Of a DNA stretch of 52,828 bases, positions 44,651-52,828 are shown one piece after another. Within the stretch, counting starts at the first letter, position 1. Each line of letters starts with the position of its first letter. The notes under the pieces are model-generated. The model was not told where the DNA came from. It saw only the letters and a list, made by a program, of their open reading frames with translations, and did not search any database. This DNA is from an uncultured Armatimonadales bacterium. GTDB taxonomy: Bacteria; Armatimonadota; Armatimonadia; Armatimonadales; Capsulimonadaceae. The translations under genes were made by a program, and so were the position numbers. The DNA lies in the NCBI GenBank assembly GCA_964246575.1, contig CAXTRL010000001.1, positions 1 through 52,828 on the forward strand, in the 5' to 3' direction.

Positions 44651-46507
44651 TTAGCCTGGAAGCGGCTGAACAACGGATGACCAAGACAGAATGTCGTAAT
44701 TCGGTCCAGCGGCAGGAAAATAAGGCGGAGGGTTTACGGCAAGGCGGCCATCGTAAAACCGCTGCGTGCTGAGGCCGGTTTGTAGGTTTACACCAGCACC
44801 GAGCTGGCCGAAGGCGCTGCCGTGTCCGACTAGAAAGCTGCCCATGGAAACAAATCTCCCCACAGGGCGGGTATTTGCATCCGTCGCATCAAACGTATTG
44901 TAAGCCAGCGCAGCGGCGTCCACTTCAATATTTGTAATCGGCACACCCAGGGCATTAGCATCTACCACTTCAATGTCTTTGGAGATCAATCCTAGCGTCC
45001 CAGCTTTCTGCCCGAAGAGCGGGTCCAAGATTTCAGGAACGGGAACACCGTTGTTTCCCAGCACCCGTCCGGTGTTGTAAGTCAGGCTGCCGTCAATGTT
45101 CATGTTTTTGTCGGCAGCCGTCGCAATTGTCAATCGGCTTTGACTCACCACGAGGCCGGCATTGGAAATCTGGTTATCAGCCACGACGCCGGTCAATCCG
45201 CCGGTCTTTGGCGTGGTCTGGCTGCCGATGTTGCCGTCGCAGTAGATCATGTCGTTTGTGCTGCCGCTGTAAGTGGTCAGCGTGACAATTGGGATCAAGT
45301 TCTGGAAGTGCGTGGTCTGAACCGTGGTTTCGTTCAGCGTCGGGATTAGCGTGATGACCGTCGTGAGCGTCTGGTTGTTTTGATCTGTCTGGCTGACCGT
45401 GATGGTTTGGGTTGTGCCGGCGCTGACTGCCAGCGTCATCTGCGAAACATCGCCGTGAACGTAGATGCCGCCTGCGGTGGCCGCGCCGGTCAGCGCCCCC
45501 AGGACGAAAGAGCCGCCGGTGCTGGGAACAAAAACGCCGGGCAGGGTCGGCGGCGACTGCCCGGCAAGGGCTGCCTGCATCTGGGCCGCACTGGAAGTCG
45601 GAAATGGAACAATCGGAGTTCCAGTGTGGACAGATTTTTGGCCGCCGGCGGCCAGCGAAAGCCAGTCGCCGCCAGACTGCGGCGCGACCGGCGCAAGCGG
45701 CGTGTTCATAAACCAGTGGATTGGCCCCGACATTGTCACGGCATTGGTTTCCGTGTCCAGAAACAGCGGCGTGGCACTGCCGCTTTTCCAGACAATGTTT
45801 GTCGGCGTCCCATCGGAATTGTTGCAGTGAACCGGGCCGTCAAACGCCGAAATGCCGCTGGTCCAGTAAGCGTCCGGTGCAGAGTTATCGGAGAAATAGC
45901 CGAACTTTGCGTAGCTGACTTGCTGGACATAAGCACGGACGACCTGCACGGCGCTTCCGCAGGTTCCCACGGATTCGATCAGATACTTCTTCTGCGTTGC
46001 CGTTGGATTGCTGCTGTCGGGGTAAATAAGAATGCTGAAGGTGCTGGACGAGTCGCTGGGAGTTGGGAAATTGACCACAGCACGCGGCGGGCTGCCAAGC
46101 ACGGAAGCTCCCCAAAGAGCCGGCGCAAAGGCCGTGGTCTGGGACGGCGGCGCGGGCTGCGCGTGCAGCCACTGCAACGTCAGCTCCACGCCGGAAGATG
46201 CCACCTCGGCGGCGGTCGCTTCCTGAGCGCGTGTGCTGGTGAGCTGAAGGGCATTGCCGGTCGTCGAAGTGATGCCGCCGGTGCGGCCGCCGGGCAAACC
46301 GATGGCGCCAATCAAAAACACGGTCATAATCCCCAGCAGGACCAGCATGGACATGGCAAGCGCCATGCCGCGCTGCTTTGCTGGGCCGCGCTGCTTTGCT
46401 GGGCCGCGCTGCTTTGCTGGGCCGTGCGGCAGCGTAAGATTTTGTTTAATCCGAGCGCCAGGCAGAGGCATTGACAGCTCCATAGCTCGCGGTTTGACCC
46501 GGTTCAT
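44651..46507 (-). CDS. large PilX/GspK-like minor-pseudopilin-associated protein (start uncertain)
   Basis: N-terminal basic tail, then a TM helix (MALAMSMLVLLGIMTVFLIGAI) and a long Thr/Gly/Ser-rich extracellular region. It is the last gene of the pseudopilin operon. Confidence 0.7.
   Translation of the reverse strand: MNRVKPRAMELSMPLPGARIKQNLTLPHGPAKQRGPAKQRGPAKQRGMALAMSMLVLLGIMTVFLIGAIGLPGGRTGGITSTTGNALQLTSTRAQEATAAEVASSGVELTLQWLHAQPAPPSQTTAFAPALWGASVLGSPPRAVVNFPTPSDSSSTFSILIYPDSSNPTATQKKYLIESVGTCGSAVQVVRAYVQQVSYAKFGYFSDNSAPDAYWTSGISAFDGPVHCNNSDGTPTNIVWKSGSATPLFLDTETNAVTMSGPIHWFMNTPLAPVAPQSGGDWLSLAAGGQKSVHTGTPIVPFPTSSAAQMQAALAGQSPPTLPGVFVPSTGGSFVLGALTGAATAGGIYVHGDVSQMTLAVSAGTTQTITVSQTDQNNQTLTTVITLIPTLNETTVQTTHFQNLIPIVTLTTYSGSTNDMIYCDGNIGSQTTPKTGGLTGVVADNQISNAGLVVSQSRLTIATAADKNMNIDGSLTYNTGRVLGNNGVPVPEILDPLFGQKAGTLGLISKDIEVVDANALGVPITNIEVDAAALAYNTFDATDANTRPVGRFVSMGSFLVGHGSAFGQLGAGVNLQTGLSTQRFYDGRLAVNPPPYFPAAGPNYDILSWSSVVQPLPG
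46369..46422. repeat. perfect 18-nt tandem repeat x3 inside the PilX-like gene
   Basis: cgcgctgctttgctgggc occurs at 46369, 46387 and 46405. It encodes (GPAKQR)x3 in the cytoplasmic N-terminal tail. Confidence 0.95.
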
Positions 46508-47276
46508 GGTCTAGGTTCATCTCGTGATCGCGCAAAAGCACGCACTTGCCGACCACGGAAGTTTCCTGGGCCGTGCTGCCGCTTTCGCTGGTTTGCGCCT
46601 GCCGAACGGGCGAATAGTAGGTGCTGATCAGGCTGATCTGAAGCTGGTACGGCAGCAAAGTTTGAGTGGCCGTTTGCGGGCGTGTGAAATTGACGGCATT
46701 AGCCTGCAAGGGGCTGAGACTGGAAATCAGCGCTTTGGAAACGCTTTGACCCTGCTCCGTTCCGGTCATCCACAATGCCGTGCCTGCCGAAGCGTTCGGC
46801 GTTCCATCCGTATCGGCACGGTAGATCCAAAGAGGCGCAGCCGGTGCGGTATCCTGGCTGCGGTCATAGAGGGCGGGCGAGACGGAAAGCGCGCTGCCGT
46901 TTCTGTCCTGCACCGAAACCGCGGCACTTCCCGGCGACACAATCTCAACACCGGTATTGATGCTGCTTCCGGCAGAAGCCGCTTGAAAAGCGCTCACAGG
47001 AGCGCTGCCGGGAGATGTCCACCCACTTTCTCCCGGCAAGGCTATCCAGCGTGCTTCCTCGACATCAAGAACCGTGTGCCGGACGGCGTTGGCGCCGTCC
47101 GTACTTGCATAGCAGGATGCGCCCGTGCTGAGGGAAAGCTGGGCGGCGGCAACATATATGTTCAACGCGCAGAACATCAGCAGCAGCGTCAATGCAGTGG
47201 CAACCGTAACTTCTACTAATGTCAGGCCGCGCCGCCGCTTTTTCTGCTTTTTTTCTTCCATTCTCTTTTCCTGCAT
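46446..47276 (-). CDS. pseudopilin (prepilin-type N-terminal methylation domain), PilW/GspJ-like
   Basis: RRRGLTLVEVTVATALTLLLMFCALNIYV is a prepilin leader plus hydrophobic helix. Confidence 0.75.
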   Translation of the reverse strand: MQEKRMEEKKQKKRRRGLTLVEVTVATALTLLLMFCALNIYVAAAQLSLSTGASCYASTDGANAVRHTVLDVEEARWIALPGESGWTSPGSAPVSAFQAASAGSSINTGVEIVSPGSAAVSVQDRNGSALSVSPALYDRSQDTAPAAPLWIYRADTDGTPNASAGTALWMTGTEQGQSVSKALISSLSPLQANAVNFTRPQTATQTLLPYQLQISLISTYYSPVRQAQTSESGSTAQETSVVGKCVLLRDHEMNLDHEPGQTASYGAVNASAWRSD

Positions 47277-47322
47277 TGCTTACTTTCCCCTGCATTACTT
47301 CACTTTCCCCTGCATTGCTTCT
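47265..47322. repeat. three tandem ~20-nt copies of the pseudopilin translation-start module
   Basis: On the minus strand, ATGCAGG(G/A)(G/A)AAAG is repeated three times at 19-20-nt spacing. Only the most downstream copy (ATG at 47276) is in frame with the pseudopilin. Confidence 0.8.
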
Positions 47323-47335
47323 TGCGAAAGCGGTA

Positions 47336-47872
47336 TCAAGAATGCGGCATTTGTATAACAAGGCAGGAAAGGGCATATGATCCGCCAGCCGAGTTTGCGC
47401 CCGGCCAAGACAGCGTGACAGTGACATTGTCTACGGTTCCGGCGGGGACCGCCGTGTTGAGCGAAGAATAATCGGCAACACGAATCGTAGCTGTCGCCGC
47501 CGCCGGAAACAGCCCGCTGCCGGCGGCGCCGCTGCCCAAAAGGTGATCGCTTGCCAGAAAGCTTGCCGTGTACGGGACTGCCTGACTGGTGGCGCTGCCG
47601 CTGTCAATGATGCCGAGCGCGGCCAGCGCAGACGGGCTTTGCAGGGACAAAAAGCCTGCGGCCCGCATTTGAGCGATTTTATGCTGGGCCAGCGCCGCGG
47701 CCTGAGCGTACTCTGCGTTTGAACGTGCCGCCCGCTGCGAAACCGGCAAAACGGCGGAAAACAGCAGTGCCATCATCGTAAAGATCGTCAAGGCGAAAAC
47801 TGTTTCCAGCAAAGTAAAGCCCTGCTTCTTTTGTGGCCGGACTGCTGGCATAACTGCTGAAAATAATTTCAT
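47336..47872 (-). CDS. pseudopilin (prepilin-type N-terminal methylation domain), PilV/GspI-like
   Basis: KKQGFTLLETVFALTIFTMMALLFSAVL. Confidence 0.8.
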   Translation of the reverse strand: MKLFSAVMPAVRPQKKQGFTLLETVFALTIFTMMALLFSAVLPVSQRAARSNAEYAQAAALAQHKIAQMRAAGFLSLQSPSALAALGIIDSGSATSQAVPYTASFLASDHLLGSGAAGSGLFPAAATATIRVADYSSLNTAVPAGTVDNVTVTLSWPGANSAGGSYALSCLVIQMPHS

Positions 47873-48004
47873 TACCCGTTATTATGGGCGTTTTTCGTTT
47901 TTTTTACAGGTCTTGCCGGGGCAGCCCTCCTGTTACAATTACTGAAGAATTACAATCCGGCTGCCGACACTAAAACAAATCGTTGTAAAAGGCAGCAGAT
48001 AGAT

Positions 48005-51000
48005 TTGAATGAAGACTTGATAAAAAATTTGATAGAAGACTTGAATGAAGAGGGATGTTCTTCGGCTGCGGAAGAAGCCCGGCTGGCGGCGCTGGACCGG
48101 TACAAAATACTCGGCACCCTGCCGGAGCAGGAATACGACGAACTGGTTCAGCTTGCCGCCACGATCTGTGGGACGCCGCTGGCGATGCTGACGTTTGTAA
48201 GCCGGGAGCATCAGTGGCATAAAGCCAGCTTCGGCGTCCCGCCGATGCGAACAGACCGCGATGTGTCTTTCTGCACCCACGCCATCGCGCAGCCGGACCT
48301 GTTTGTGGTGCCGGATGCCGCCTGCGACCCGCGTTTCGCCAGCAACCCGTTTGTCGCCGGAGAGCCGCACGTCCGGTTTTATGCCGGGATGCCGCTGATG
48401 ACGGCGGAAGGACATGCGCTTGGCACGATCTGCGCGGTAGACACGGTGCCGCGGGAGCTGACACCGGCCCAGACGCAGGCGCTGGAAGTGCTGAGCCGCC
48501 AGACCATGAGTCTGCTGGAGCTGCGCCTCGCAGTCGAGCGTATGGAAGATAGCCTTGCGGAGTGCGCCGGCGTTGAAACAGGACTGCGCGAAAGCGAGGC
48601 CCGGCTGCGGGAAAGCGACGCCAAGCTGCAAATTGCGTGCCGCGCCGGCGGGATCACGCTTTGGGAGGATGACCTGCGGTCACAGCAGGTATCCTGGTCC
48701 CAAAGCGGGGCAAAAGCGGAGGAAACCGGGCAAAGCCAGGCAAGCACCGTCTGGGAACAAGCGCTTGCCTGGATTTACCCGGACGACCGGGCGCAGGCAG
48801 TGGCCGCGCGGGTGGAAGCGATCAAAACACTGTCTCCGCTGAAGTTGGAAATGCGCGTCGTATCTCCAGACGGAGAAATCCGCTGGAAATTGCTGCACGG
48901 TGAAGTTTTCGCGGACGATCAAGGCCGCCCGCTGCGTATTGCCGGGTCAATCATTGACATCACGGCACGGAAGCAGTCCGAAGAAACGCTGCGTTTTAGC
49001 GAGGAGCGCCTGCGCCGGGCCGTGATGGGAGCGCCGCTGATTTTGTTTTGTTTGGACGCTGAGGGGAAAATTACGCTTTCTGAAGGCAAGGGGCTGGAAC
49101 GGATGGGATTACAGCCGGGCCAGGTCGTGGGGCGGTCCATTTATGATCTTTACCACGATCAGCCGGCGGTCCTGGCGCATGTGGAACGTGCCTACCGCGG
49201 GGAGTCTTTCAGTGATCGTGTCGAAATTGGGGGGGCGACATTTGAGATTTGGTATTCACCGGAAGTTGGGGAAAGCGGTCAGGTGACCACCGTGACTGGT
49301 GTCGCGTGCGACATTACGGGAAAACGAGAAGCTGAGGCCGCCCTGCGGAGCAGCGAAGCGCGTTTTCAAGCGTTCATGGATAACAGCCCGACTTTTGCGT
49401 ATGTCAAGGACATTCAAGGCCGCTACCTTTACTGCAACGATGCTTTTGAGCGCATCAACGGCTTGCCGCCGGGAGAGTGTCTTGGCCGGACGGCTCTGGA
49501 CATGTGGCCAAGCGCGCTCGGCAGGCAGATCCACGCCGATACGCTGGATGCGTTGACCAAAGACTACCAGACGGAAACTTTGACCGAAGCGCCTGGTCCT
49601 GAAAACGGCTCCGCGCACTTGCTGACGTTCCGTTTTACGTTCAGAGATACGGAAAATCGGCAGTTCCTAGGCTGTATCGGGCTGGACATCACTGAGCAGA
49701 AGCAGTTGGAGAAGCAAAGCAAAGAAGCGCAGCGAAAACTGGAAGAAACGCTGTCGCAGCTCAATGCAACGCTGGAAGCCACGGCAGATGGTCTCCTGGT
49801 CGTTGGATCGCAGGGGCAAATACTGTGCGCGAACGGCAATTTCCATGAGATATGGCGTATCCCAGAAGAGATTCTTCAACACGAGAACGATAAACTGAGA
49901 CTGAAGTTTATGATGGAGCAGGTCTGCGATCCGGCACTCTTCCTAGCGCCGGTCATGCAGTTCAAGCAGAACCCGGAGGAATCAAGCTTTGATGTACTGA
50001 ACTTTAAAGACGGACGGATATTCGAGAGATCTTCCCGTCCGCTTCAAATCGAGCGCGTTTCGTCGGGCCGGGTCTGGAGCTATCGGGATGTCACAAAGCC
50101 GGAACAAACCCGCCAGGAATTAGTTCGTGCCAAAAACCATGCGCTGGCGTCGGCCCAAGCGAAGTCCGAGTTCCTAGCCAACATGAGCCATGAGATTCGA
50201 ACGCCGATGAACGGCATTCTGGGCATGACCAATTTGCTGCTTTCCACCTCCCTGATGCCGCAGCAGGAGCATTACGCCGCGACCATCAAAAACAGCGCCG
50301 ATAGCCTGCTGACGGTGATCAACGATATTCTTGACTTCAGCAAAATCGAAGCCGGCAAGATGAGCCTGGAATGTGTGCCGTTCAGCATGGCGCAGATCAT
50401 GCAGGAAGTTAAAGACCTTCTGAGGCCGCGTGCGGAAGAAAAAAATCTCGATTTGCTGTCATTCCTGCCGCCGAGCTTCCCGCCGTTTTTGTCCGGGGAC
50501 CCGGCGCGGCTGCGGCAGATCCTGACAAACCTCGTCGGCAACGCGGTGAAGTTCACAGAGCGCGGCAAAGTGACCATGTCAGGGGTTGTGCTGCGGGAAA
50601 CCGACACACACCTTGAGTTCCGGCTGACTGTGCGCGATACGGGGATCGGCATTCCGCCGGAAAGAAAAGCGGCGGTCTTCGATAGCTTTACCCAAGCCGA
50701 CGGCAGCATTACGCGCCGCTACGGCGGGACCGGGCTGGGACTGGCAATCTGTCTGCGGCTGACCGACTTGATGGCGGGCCGGATCGGAGTAGAAAGCGAG
50801 CCGGGACGCGGCAGCGAGTTCTGGCTGGTCGTCACGCTGGAAAAGACGAGCGCCGGACAAGAAAAACCCGCCGCGACTTCGTGGGCAAGCGAGCCGGAGC
50901 CATTGGGCCTGCATGTTCTGCTGGCTGAAGACAACGTCATCAACCAGGAAGTCGCACGGGGCTTTTTGGAAATGTGGGGATGCACAGTGGATGTCGCGGG

Positions 51001-51739
51001 CAACGGCTGGGCGGCCTGCCAAGCGGCTCAGAAGAAAAAGTACGACTTGGTGCGGTTGTCTGTTCAGATGCCGGAGATGGATGGCCGTCAAGCGACAGCC
51101 GCAATTCGCAGCCGAGAGCGCGGCTCGGCGCGGCGTCTGCCGATCATCGCCATGACAGCCCACAACATGCAGGGGGACCGCGAGCAATGCCTGGCCTGCG
51201 GCATGGATGACTATGTTTCCAAGCCGGTAGACCCGGAAAAGCTGCTGGCGGCGCTTAAGCGCTGGGGCCAGGTCGTGCCGCCCGGAGCAGCTCCGGCAGC
51301 CGAAGAGCTTTTTTTACCCGCGGCGTCGCCGATTTCTAAAGCGTCGCCTCTTTTGGAGAAGCTGCCGACTCCTGAGAAGCTGCCGGTGCTGGACATAGAA
51401 CGCCTGCACCGAAGCTGCATGGGGAAAGCAAAACTGGAGCGGCGGATCATGGTCGAAACGCTGCGGCTGACCCCGGCGATCCTGGCAAGGCTGCATGTGG
51501 CAGTCGGCGCGGCGGATGCAGAACAAGTCTGCTTTGAGGCGCACACGCTTAAAGGCAGCAGCCGTACCCTCGGCGCGGAGGCGCTCGGCACAGCGGCGGC
51601 TTGCCTCGAAGAGGCCGCGAAAGCTGGTGATCTCGCCGACGTTCCGGCACGTCTTGACCAAATGGAAGCGGAATGGACCCTGCTTCGCCGTGTGCTGGAA
51701 GAATGCCTGGCTTGTGACCCGTGGAAAGAAGCGCTATGA
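48005..51739 (+). CDS. hybrid sensor histidine kinase: GAF, multiple PAS, HisKA, HATPase_c, receiver-like domain, Hpt
   Basis: GAF-like N-terminus (LDRYKILGT...FCTHAI...FYAGMPL). PAS blocks follow. H-box MSHEIRTPMNGILGM. N/G boxes LTNLVGNAVKFT, DTGIGI and GGTGLGLAI. Receiver LLAEDNVINQ...KYDLVRLSVQMPEMDG...MTAH...YVSKP. Hpt EAHTLKGSS. The TTG start at 48005 is uncertain. Confidence 0.93.
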   Translation: MNEDLIKNLIEDLNEEGCSSAAEEARLAALDRYKILGTLPEQEYDELVQLAATICGTPLAMLTFVSREHQWHKASFGVPPMRTDRDVSFCTHAIAQPDLFVVPDAACDPRFASNPFVAGEPHVRFYAGMPLMTAEGHALGTICAVDTVPRELTPAQTQALEVLSRQTMSLLELRLAVERMEDSLAECAGVETGLRESEARLRESDAKLQIACRAGGITLWEDDLRSQQVSWSQSGAKAEETGQSQASTVWEQALAWIYPDDRAQAVAARVEAIKTLSPLKLEMRVVSPDGEIRWKLLHGEVFADDQGRPLRIAGSIIDITARKQSEETLRFSEERLRRAVMGAPLILFCLDAEGKITLSEGKGLERMGLQPGQVVGRSIYDLYHDQPAVLAHVERAYRGESFSDRVEIGGATFEIWYSPEVGESGQVTTVTGVACDITGKREAEAALRSSEARFQAFMDNSPTFAYVKDIQGRYLYCNDAFERINGLPPGECLGRTALDMWPSALGRQIHADTLDALTKDYQTETLTEAPGPENGSAHLLTFRFTFRDTENRQFLGCIGLDITEQKQLEKQSKEAQRKLEETLSQLNATLEATADGLLVVGSQGQILCANGNFHEIWRIPEEILQHENDKLRLKFMMEQVCDPALFLAPVMQFKQNPEESSFDVLNFKDGRIFERSSRPLQIERVSSGRVWSYRDVTKPEQTRQELVRAKNHALASAQAKSEFLANMSHEIRTPMNGILGMTNLLLSTSLMPQQEHYAATIKNSADSLLTVINDILDFSKIEAGKMSLECVPFSMAQIMQEVKDLLRPRAEEKNLDLLSFLPPSFPPFLSGDPARLRQILTNLVGNAVKFTERGKVTMSGVVLRETDTHLEFRLTVRDTGIGIPPERKAAVFDSFTQADGSITRRYGGTGLGLAICLRLTDLMAGRIGVESEPGRGSEFWLVVTLEKTSAGQEKPAATSWASEPEPLGLHVLLAEDNVINQEVARGFLEMWGCTVDVAGNGWAACQAAQKKKYDLVRLSVQMPEMDGRQATAAIRSRERGSARRLPIIAMTAHNMQGDREQCLACGMDDYVSKPVDPEKLLAALKRWGQVVPPGAAPAAEELFLPAASPISKASPLLEKLPTPEKLPVLDIERLHRSCMGKAKLERRIMVETLRLTPAILARLHVAVGAADAEQVCFEAHTLKGSSRTLGAEALGTAAACLEEAAKAGDLADVPARLDQMEAEWTLLRRVLEECLACDPWKEAL

Positions 51740-52828
51740 ACATTCTGGTCGTCGAAGATGATCCGATTTCCGGCCTGGTGCTGACGACGGCGCTGGAAGA
51801 TTTAGGGCATACAGTCACCCTGCGAGGCGATGGGGAGGAAGCCTGGAGCCTGCTTGAGCAGGAGCGCATCAGCTTGGAACGGTTCGCGGTAGTCATCACG
51901 GACTGGATGATGCCGCGCATGGATGGTTTGGAGCTTTGCCGCCGCCTGCGTGGCCGCAAAGGAACAAGCTCTGCGTATGTCATTCTGCTGACCGTCAAGG
52001 GGCTGCCGGAAGAGCGGGTGGAAGCGCTGGAAGCCGGCGCGGACGATTTTTTAATCAAGCCGCTTGATCCTGCGGAGCTGGTCGCGCGGATGGAAGTCGC
52101 CCGGCGCATTCTCGCTTTAAAGGCCGAGCTGAGCGTGAGCATTAGCGCGTCGCCCCGCCAGAATACGCAGATTGAAGATGTTTTAATCTCGCGTGGCCTG
52201 GTCACTCGCGCTCAGGTCAAGCAGCTTGTGGAAGTGGACCTTGTTCCCGCTCGCCAGATTGGACAAGCCATTTTAGAACGCGGCTGGGCGAGCGAAGAAG
52301 ACGTCACAAAAGCCCGCAGCCTGGTGATGGACGTCGCTTACGTCTGCCTGGAAGACGAAACGATGGACCCGTTCGTGCTGTCGCTCATTCCGCATGAGAT
52401 CGCACAGTTTCACAAGATGGTACCCCTCTCTTTGACCGATGACATCGATCAAAAGCGGCTTCGGGTGGCGATGGCGGACCCCTGGAACATTGAAGCGATT
52501 GACTGGGTGCAGCGTGAAACCCGCCGCCGGGTCGAGCCGCTGCTTGCCAGCGAAAGCGCCATTGTACGGACACTGAAACGCGCTTATCACGATGTTCAGG
52601 ACGTGGTCCATGACGCAGTCATGTCGGATGCTTTGCAGCAGGCAAACGTGATGCCAATGGCACGCGGCGAGGCCATAGACACGGTGGACGCGCGTGAGCT
52701 GCTGCGCCAAAGCGACCAAGCGCCGATTATTCGGTTTGTCAACACGATGCTGGCCGATGCCGTTTATCGTGGGGCTTCCGACGTCCATATCGAGCCGTGT
52801 CAGGGCGAGTTCTTGATTTTATACCGGG
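51736..52828 (+). CDS. response-regulator receiver fused to a GspE/PilB-type secretion ATPase (partial, continues beyond the window)
   Basis: Not in the ORF track because it has no stop. The ATG at 51736 overlaps the kinase stop (ATGA). My own translation gives MNILVVEDDP...VVITDWMMPRMDGLEL...LLTVKG...FLIKPL (REC). T2SSE_N-like repeats follow (LISRGLVTRAQV..., EIAQFHKMVPL...). The translation ends in APIIRFVNTMLADAVYRGASDVHIEP, the GspE/PilB signature. Confidence 0.9.
   Translation, partial: MNILVVEDDPISGLVLTTALEDLGHTVTLRGDGEEAWSLLEQERISLERFAVVITDWMMPRMDGLELCRRLRGRKGTSSAYVILLTVKGLPEERVEALEAGADDFLIKPLDPAELVARMEVARRILALKAELSVSISASPRQNTQIEDVLISRGLVTRAQVKQLVEVDLVPARQIGQAILERGWASEEDVTKARSLVMDVAYVCLEDETMDPFVLSLIPHEIAQFHKMVPLSLTDDIDQKRLRVAMADPWNIEAIDWVQRETRRRVEPLLASESAIVRTLKRAYHDVQDVVHDAVMSDALQQANVMPMARGEAIDTVDARELLRQSDQAPIIRFVNTMLADAVYRGASDVHIEPCQGEFLILYR

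Noticed and set aside
45380-46474. 364-aa plus-strand ORF inside the PilX-like gene
   Set aside because: It is an antisense shadow ORF. The minus-strand frame fits the pseudopilin operon and has the TM-anchor architecture.
52273-52788. 171-aa minus-strand ORF at the right edge
   Set aside because: It is antisense to the REC-PilB frame, which carries the unmistakable GspE signature.

Overview
High-GC bacterial chromosomal window; GC was judged by eye, not computed. A prepilin gene with an H-X9-DG C-terminus and several pseudopilin genes suggest an Armatimonadota- or PVC-like lineage, but this is inference only.

Layout:
(i) 1-13.7 kb is ordinary core. It holds tRNA-Ser(GGA); an acyl-CoA synthetase / MFS / PlsC-type acyltransferase operon; a DUF1559-type prepilin; a DUF559 endonuclease-like gene flanked by two long palindromes; purM; an MBL hydrolase; a CheY-like regulator; an NRAMP transporter; and an ECF sigma / anti-sigma / HtrA module.
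(ii) 13.8-21.0 kb is a visibly AT-richer, roughly 7 kb integrative element next to tRNA-fMet. It carries a large serine recombinase, an excisionase-type HTH, an XRE regulator, an RHH protein, a possible Rep and small orphan genes.
(iii) 21.0-34.1 kb is a metal-handling island. It starts with a chimeric ORF containing a second recombinase fragment. It also carries two CDF transporters, a Cys-rich ArsR, an FTR1-type permease, Cys-rich secreted proteins, and an MFP-RND-OMF efflux operon with a recurring CxxC...MDGGxLVPV module.
(iv) 34.6-44.5 kb is a segment bracketed by two diverged IS1-family copies. It carries three tandem paralogous small ORFs, a Fic protein, a coiled-coil protein, and a PLD-nuclease/SNF2 helicase gene followed by a sigma-70 protein with a foreign N-terminal domain. 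This last pair is my best candidate for an undescribed system. A third gene after it is cut off by the IS.
(v) 44.6-52.8 kb holds a minor-pseudopilin operon, divergent from a GAF-PAS hybrid histidine kinase (receiver lacks its Asp; Hpt present) that is translationally coupled to a REC-PilB/GspE ATPase running off the right edge.

No CRISPR array or rRNA was seen. Many long ORFs in the supplied track are antisense shadow ORFs of this GC-rich DNA and were not called.
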